Of a stretch of 20,000 bases of DNA, positions 16,379 through 20,000 are shown one piece after another (within the stretch, counting starts at the first letter, position 1; the number at the start of each line of letters is the position of its first letter). The stretch comes from an uncultured virus (IMG/VR IMGVR_UViG_3300015607_002134) (taxonomy: Duplodnaviria; Heunggongvirae; Uroviricota; Caudoviricetes). The stretch covers positions 54,824 through 74,823 of IMG/VR virus record IMGVR_UViG_3300015607_002134; one strand, 5' to 3'. The notes below the pieces were generated by a model. That model did not search any database. It was given only the letters and a program-made list of their open reading frames with translations, and was not told where the DNA came from. Made by a program: the position numbers and the translations under genes.

Positions 16379-17162
16379 TTTCAAAATTAACAATATTCTT
16401 ATTGAATGAGAATTTAACAGGCTTCATGTAGAAGTCTTTCCTATTATTGAATACCATCAGACCTCCTTTATCTTTACCATTTTCAGCTCTTCCAACAATT
16501 ACCTTATTTGGTTTTATTAGTGGTGACTCTATTACAGCCATTCCTTGAATACTACCAATAATAGATGGGTCTTTTGGATTTGTTGGAGTTGTTACAAAAC
16601 TAGCTACTTTGAAATATTTTGATGATCCTTTACCAACTATAACAAATGTTGCTGGTCCAATCCTTCCATATGTTGCAATATAACCACTAGCTGACATTAT
16701 TCTAGTGATGATCTTTCTCGCATTTGATTGCAGATTATCATAATCACTATTATTTGGATCATTTGTTATTGTAACATTTGATATTTGTGGTGGTAGCGAG
16801 CTGTGATTTTTCAGAGAATCTAAAAAATTAATAACACTATTCCAAATACCCTGATATGATGAGAATTGTTTCTTATTAAATGATGACAGTGATGTTGTGA
16901 AAACTCTTGGAGCTATTATTCCTACACTACTCCCACCAAATCCAATCATTGATGATGGTTCTTCAATATTGACTCTTTTTGATAATTCCTCTTCTTTGTT
17001 ATCGAGAATGGCATCAAGAGTTATTTCTCTATTTTTGATTTCTCTCATTAATTCTTCATCAGAGGAATCAATCACATCTATATAATGAAGAGAAGATGAA
17101 TCACTTATTGAATCATCTTCATTATAGTTGCATATTAATTCTAAATCTTCCCTACTTATCAT
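16371..17162 (-). CDS. Degenerate gp23 capsid-like domain with N-terminal REITLDAIL motif
   Basis: RKIITRIMSASGYIATYGRIGPATFVIVG...IIGSIQGMAVIESP...VIVGR...GGL parallels gp23 KALLFQI..EIARQTGRGEGNFIIAS...FAGVLGG..VYID...FTVGYKG...AGI (recalled). Confidence 0.6.
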   Translation of the reverse strand: MISREDLELICNYNEDDSISDSSSLHYIDVIDSSDEELMREIKNREITLDAILDNKEEELSKRVNIEEPSSMIGFGGSSVGIIAPRVFTTSLSSFNKKQFSSYQGIWNSVINFLDSLKNHSSLPPQISNVTITNDPNNSDYDNLQSNARKIITRIMSASGYIATYGRIGPATFVIVGKGSSKYFKVASFVTTPTNPKDPSIIGSIQGMAVIESPLIKPNKVIVGRAENGKDKGGLMVFNNRKDFYMKPVKFSFNKNIVNFEII

Positions 17163-17910
17163 ATTTGTTGACCATTCCTATTTTTTGGGAACTCATTGCT
17201 ATATGACGACTAAGTTCATCATTTGTCATTTTAGCTGAATTGTTTAATATTTGAAGGTTTCTTTGATACCATTTCATATCTGGTTGTTCTTTTGCATGAT
17301 ATAAGTGATAACATCTTGCTCTCAATTCTGTCCATTTTAGGAATTTGTGAACTTTTATTGTTTGAAAGTCATCTTCACCACCCCATCCGATGAAATCTTC
17401 ATTCCATCCGCCTATTTTCATAATAGACTCTTTTCGGAACATTGCTATTCCACCAGAGATGTTAATTTTTTGATTGTCAGTTTCTCCTCTTCCAGGTCTT
17501 GATATTTGTAATATTTGATTGAAATCCATATTACTTTCTTGTTGTTCTAAATCAACAACTGTGTGATATGGACTAACCATTTCATATTCTTGTAATGCCT
17601 TAAGACCATTGATGAAATCATTTGGATTCATTATTAAATCTGAGTCTCCAAAAACAATAAGGGGAGCTGTTGAGTATTTAATTGCTATATTGAATGCCCA
17701 TGATCTGTTATATGGCATATCTGATTTCACGAAAATGTGTTTTGCTCTTAAATTAAGGTTTTCAATTTTTGAGTGTGTGTCTTGTTCAATTAGTAGTACT
17801 TCCACACCGTTGAATCCATTTATCCATTCGAGTACTCTTTTAAGATTCTGTAATCTATCCATCCTATGTCTATATCCTATTACATAGGTAAATGCGTATG
17901 CTTGATTCAT
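17152..17910 (-). CDS. Glycosyltransferase (GT2/GT7 galactosyltransferase-like, GT-A fold)
   Basis: YNRSWAFN, DxD (FGDSD), GGWNEDFIGWGGEDD, YHLYH; likely start ATG 17910. Confidence 0.88.
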   Translation of the reverse strand: MNQAYAFTYVIGYRHRMDRLQNLKRVLEWINGFNGVEVLLIEQDTHSKIENLNLRAKHIFVKSDMPYNRSWAFNIAIKYSTAPLIVFGDSDLIMNPNDFINGLKALQEYEMVSPYHTVVDLEQQESNMDFNQILQISRPGRGETDNQKINISGGIAMFRKESIMKIGGWNEDFIGWGGEDDFQTIKVHKFLKWTELRARCYHLYHAKEQPDMKWYQRNLQILNNSAKMTNDELSRHIAMSSQKIGMVNKYDK

Positions 17911-17960
17911 TAAATAATATAGTTTTTTATTTATAAAAAAAATCATTTGAAAGTTGTGGA

Positions 17961-17983
17961 ATTTGGCAAAATGATTATATTTG
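17961..17983 (+). promoter_or_regulatory. Bacteroidota-type promoter
   Basis: TATATTTG at 17976-17983, 12 nt before ATG 17996. Confidence 0.55.
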
Positions 17984-17995
17984 TATATATACAAT

Positions 17996-18400
17996 ATGAA
18001 GAAAATAGGTAGAATTGAAAAAGTAAGTTTCCCCGATTTGAGTATCGATTCAATTGATGCTAAGGTAGATACTGGTGCTTATGGCACCGCTCTTCATGTT
18101 AATGGTATACGAACAAGGAATGGGAAACTTTCCTTTTGGGTAGATGATCCATCTTGTAGATTATACTTTGATAAGTATAAGGTTATTAACGTAAAAAGCT
18201 CTTTTGGTAAAACACAAAAGAGATATTCAATAATGACAAGAATTAAGGTTGGTGATTCCACATATAAGATATATGTATCTCTAACTAATAGAAAGGATAT
18301 GAAATATCCCGTTTTGATTGGTAGAAGGTTTCTATATAAGTTCCACTATATAGTAGATGTAAGAAAAAAACATATTAATGATAGAGCTAAAAAAGTGTAA
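17996..18400 (+). CDS. RimB/RimK-associated retropepsin-like aspartic protease (often labelled 'ATP-dependent Zn protease')
   Basis: IGRIE.V.FPDL, AKVDTGAY.TALH, VKSS.G..Q.R, SLTNR..M.YPVLIGR.FL. Confidence 0.85.
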   Translation: MKKIGRIEKVSFPDLSIDSIDAKVDTGAYGTALHVNGIRTRNGKLSFWVDDPSCRLYFDKYKVINVKSSFGKTQKRYSIMTRIKVGDSTYKIYVSLTNRKDMKYPVLIGRRFLYKFHYIVDVRKKHINDRAKKV

Positions 18401-18902
18401 TTTCATCACTGGTGACCCAAGGTCGGTTTCGTTCGGGGTTCATAGTGTTTTATCCTTCTTAGAATTAGAAGGTCGAAATATAATGCTTTTATGTAAACCC
18501 AAGACAATTGATACTTCAAGTAGCTTAAAGTACATCTGGAATGTTAAGAAGGAGTTCACTGATTTCTTTTCATTTAAGAAACTACTCAAAGATAATTCTG
18601 CATTATTTAGAATTGATTTACTTGTTGTAGACCTATGGAGTCTGAGAAATATACCTATTGAGTATAAGCAGGCTCTTGATGAAACAGGTATACAATATAT
18701 TATACTATCGAAACAGTATCACTACACATCATCTGAGGACATTGGCGACTTTCATATTCAAAATGAATCTGATGGTACTTTTAACTCAAAATATACAATT
18801 ACAGATAAGGTTAGTGGTTGGTCTTCATCCCTTGAAGATTTGAAGAAGTCTTATATCAGAGACAAGAGAATAGATGGCATTATAGGAGACGAAGAAATCT
18901 AA
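18378..18902 (+). CDS. Degenerate RecA/P-loop-like protein with C-terminal RDKRIDGII motif
   Basis: NFITGDPRSVS at the Walker A position without GK[S/T]; IDLLVVD resembles Walker B. Confidence 0.5.
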   Translation: MIELKKCNFITGDPRSVSFGVHSVLSFLELEGRNIMLLCKPKTIDTSSSLKYIWNVKKEFTDFFSFKKLLKDNSALFRIDLLVVDLWSLRNIPIEYKQALDETGIQYIILSKQYHYTSSEDIGDFHIQNESDGTFNSKYTITDKVSGWSSSLEDLKKSYIRDKRIDGIIGDEEI

Positions 18903-18932
18903 TAAAAATTTCCATATTTCAAAATAAATCCG

Positions 18933-18940
18933 TATATTTG
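18933..18940 (+). promoter_or_regulatory. Bacteroidota-type -7 box
   Basis: TATATTTG in the intergenic gap before ATG 18967. Confidence 0.55.
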
Positions 18941-18966
18941 TATATAATTTAGAACAATTACAATTA

Positions 18967-20000
18967 ATGAGGATTAGACGAAAATTTTTACAACTTACCA
19001 AATGGACATATCCATATGGTACAGAACATACTCTCGAAAGCTATCTACCAAAAGGTTTTAGAAAAGACGAGAATGACAATTACTATTTCCAAATTGGAGA
19101 GAATCCAACAACCATGTTTGCTTGTCACCTTGACACATCTTGTTCCAAACAGGAGAAGGTAACTCATATGCAAGACAGTCAATATATTGGTACTAATGGT
19201 AAGACAATTCTTGGTGCTGATGATAAGGCTGGAATGGTTATTCTTCTTTATATGATAGAGAAGAAAATACCAGGTCTATATTACTTCTTCATTGGTGAAG
19301 AGGTTGGATGTATTGGTTCGAATGCGTTATCAATGCAATGGGAAGAATTACAAATGTTCAATGATATTAAAAAGGTAATTTCCTTTGATAGGAGAGGTAC
19401 TAAGTCTATTATAACTCACCAATTATATGGTCGTTGTTGTTCTGATGAATTTGCTCAAGAATTGGCAAATAGATTGAATTCAACTGATAATGGTTTAGAA
19501 ATGGAGCTCGATGATACTGGTATGATGACAGACTCCGCTCAATTTGTTGACCTTGTGCCAGAGTGTACGAATATTTCGGTTGGTTATTACAATGAACATA
19601 CTGTTAATGAAGTTCAAGATATAGAATTCTTACAAAGATTATGTAAGGCAGTTGTTAGTATTGACTGGGAAACCTTACCAGTTGTGAGAGATCCGGATGT
19701 AGATGATGAATACGATGATTGGTATGGTTGGGATAAGTCTCCATCTAAATATAACTATGGTAATGTTGCTGAAGAGGATGAGCCTGAGTTCCAAGATGGT
19801 TACTATACATATGTTATGTGGGGTAAAGAAACACGTAGAATGTTAGTATCTATGGATAGAATTAGAGAAGAGAGGACTCTTATTTATAATTGGTTGTTCT
19901 CAACGGGAATAATACACGATTATAAGGGTATAACTTGGAATGGTCACTCATTATATACACAAAATTCTCAAGATAGACTTGAGTTTATTGGTAATCGAGT
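18967..20000 (+). CDS. M28/M20-type zinc metallopeptidase, runs off the window end
   Basis: Translated by hand: MRIRRKFLQLT...FACHLDT...LGADDKAG...FFIGEEVGCIGS...SFDRRG...TDSA...NISVGYYNEHT (Zn-ligand motifs). Confidence 0.88.
   Translation, partial: MRIRRKFLQLTKWTYPYGTEHTLESYLPKGFRKDENDNYYFQIGENPTTMFACHLDTSCSKQEKVTHMQDSQYIGTNGKTILGADDKAGMVILLYMIEKKIPGLYYFFIGEEVGCIGSNALSMQWEELQMFNDIKKVISFDRRGTKSIITHQLYGRCCSDEFAQELANRLNSTDNGLEMELDDTGMMTDSAQFVDLVPECTNISVGYYNEHTVNEVQDIEFLQRLCKAVVSIDWETLPVVRDPDVDDEYDDWYGWDKSPSKYNYGNVAEEDEPEFQDGYYTYVMWGKETRRMLVSMDRIREERTLIYNWLFSTGIIHDYKGITWNGHSLYTQNSQDRLEFIGNR

Noticed and set aside
1..20000. Stop-codon reassignment (TAG or TGA), as in some large phages
   Set aside because: Genes tile densely in the standard code, and TAG and TGA end genes right at the next gene's boundary.
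1..20000. CRISPR array, tRNA genes, integrase/transposase or DGR repeats
   Set aside because: No spaced direct repeats, tRNA cloverleaf (other than the tmRNA domain), recombinase or reverse-transcriptase motifs were seen by eye.

Overview
A strongly AT-rich, gene-dense segment that looks like part of a large (jumbo/huge) T4-related phage, read in the standard genetic code. TAnnTTTG promoter boxes suggest a Bacteroidota host (inference). Recognisable content: a phage tmRNA with a long non-canonical tag, a NADAR hydrolase next to a Dam-like methyltransferase, a Pol-beta-type nucleotidyltransferase, a tail-fibre/virion cluster, an Rnl2-like protein lacking the catalytic lysine, a minimal family-A polymerase-like protein, a glycosyltransferase, a RimB-like aspartic protease and an M28/M20-type peptidase. 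The most striking unexplained pattern is a short motif, R-[D/E/T]-x-x-[I/L]-x-x-[I/L/V]-[L/I] ('RDxKIxxIL'), found in seven otherwise dissimilar proteins, six of them near the C-terminus. Several carriers look like degenerate pieces of core phage proteins: three different parts of a gp23-type major capsid protein and a RecA-like fold without an intact P-loop. This suggests a tag/adaptor or decoy system. A second motif (N-terminal K..F/Y.EF..E, like the T4 capsid-targeting sequence) and a repeated TTAATATATA box mark probable late, virion-packaged genes. Region 11.9-12.25 kb is a patchwork of truncated gene fragments. All homology calls come from motif recognition by eye; no searches were run.
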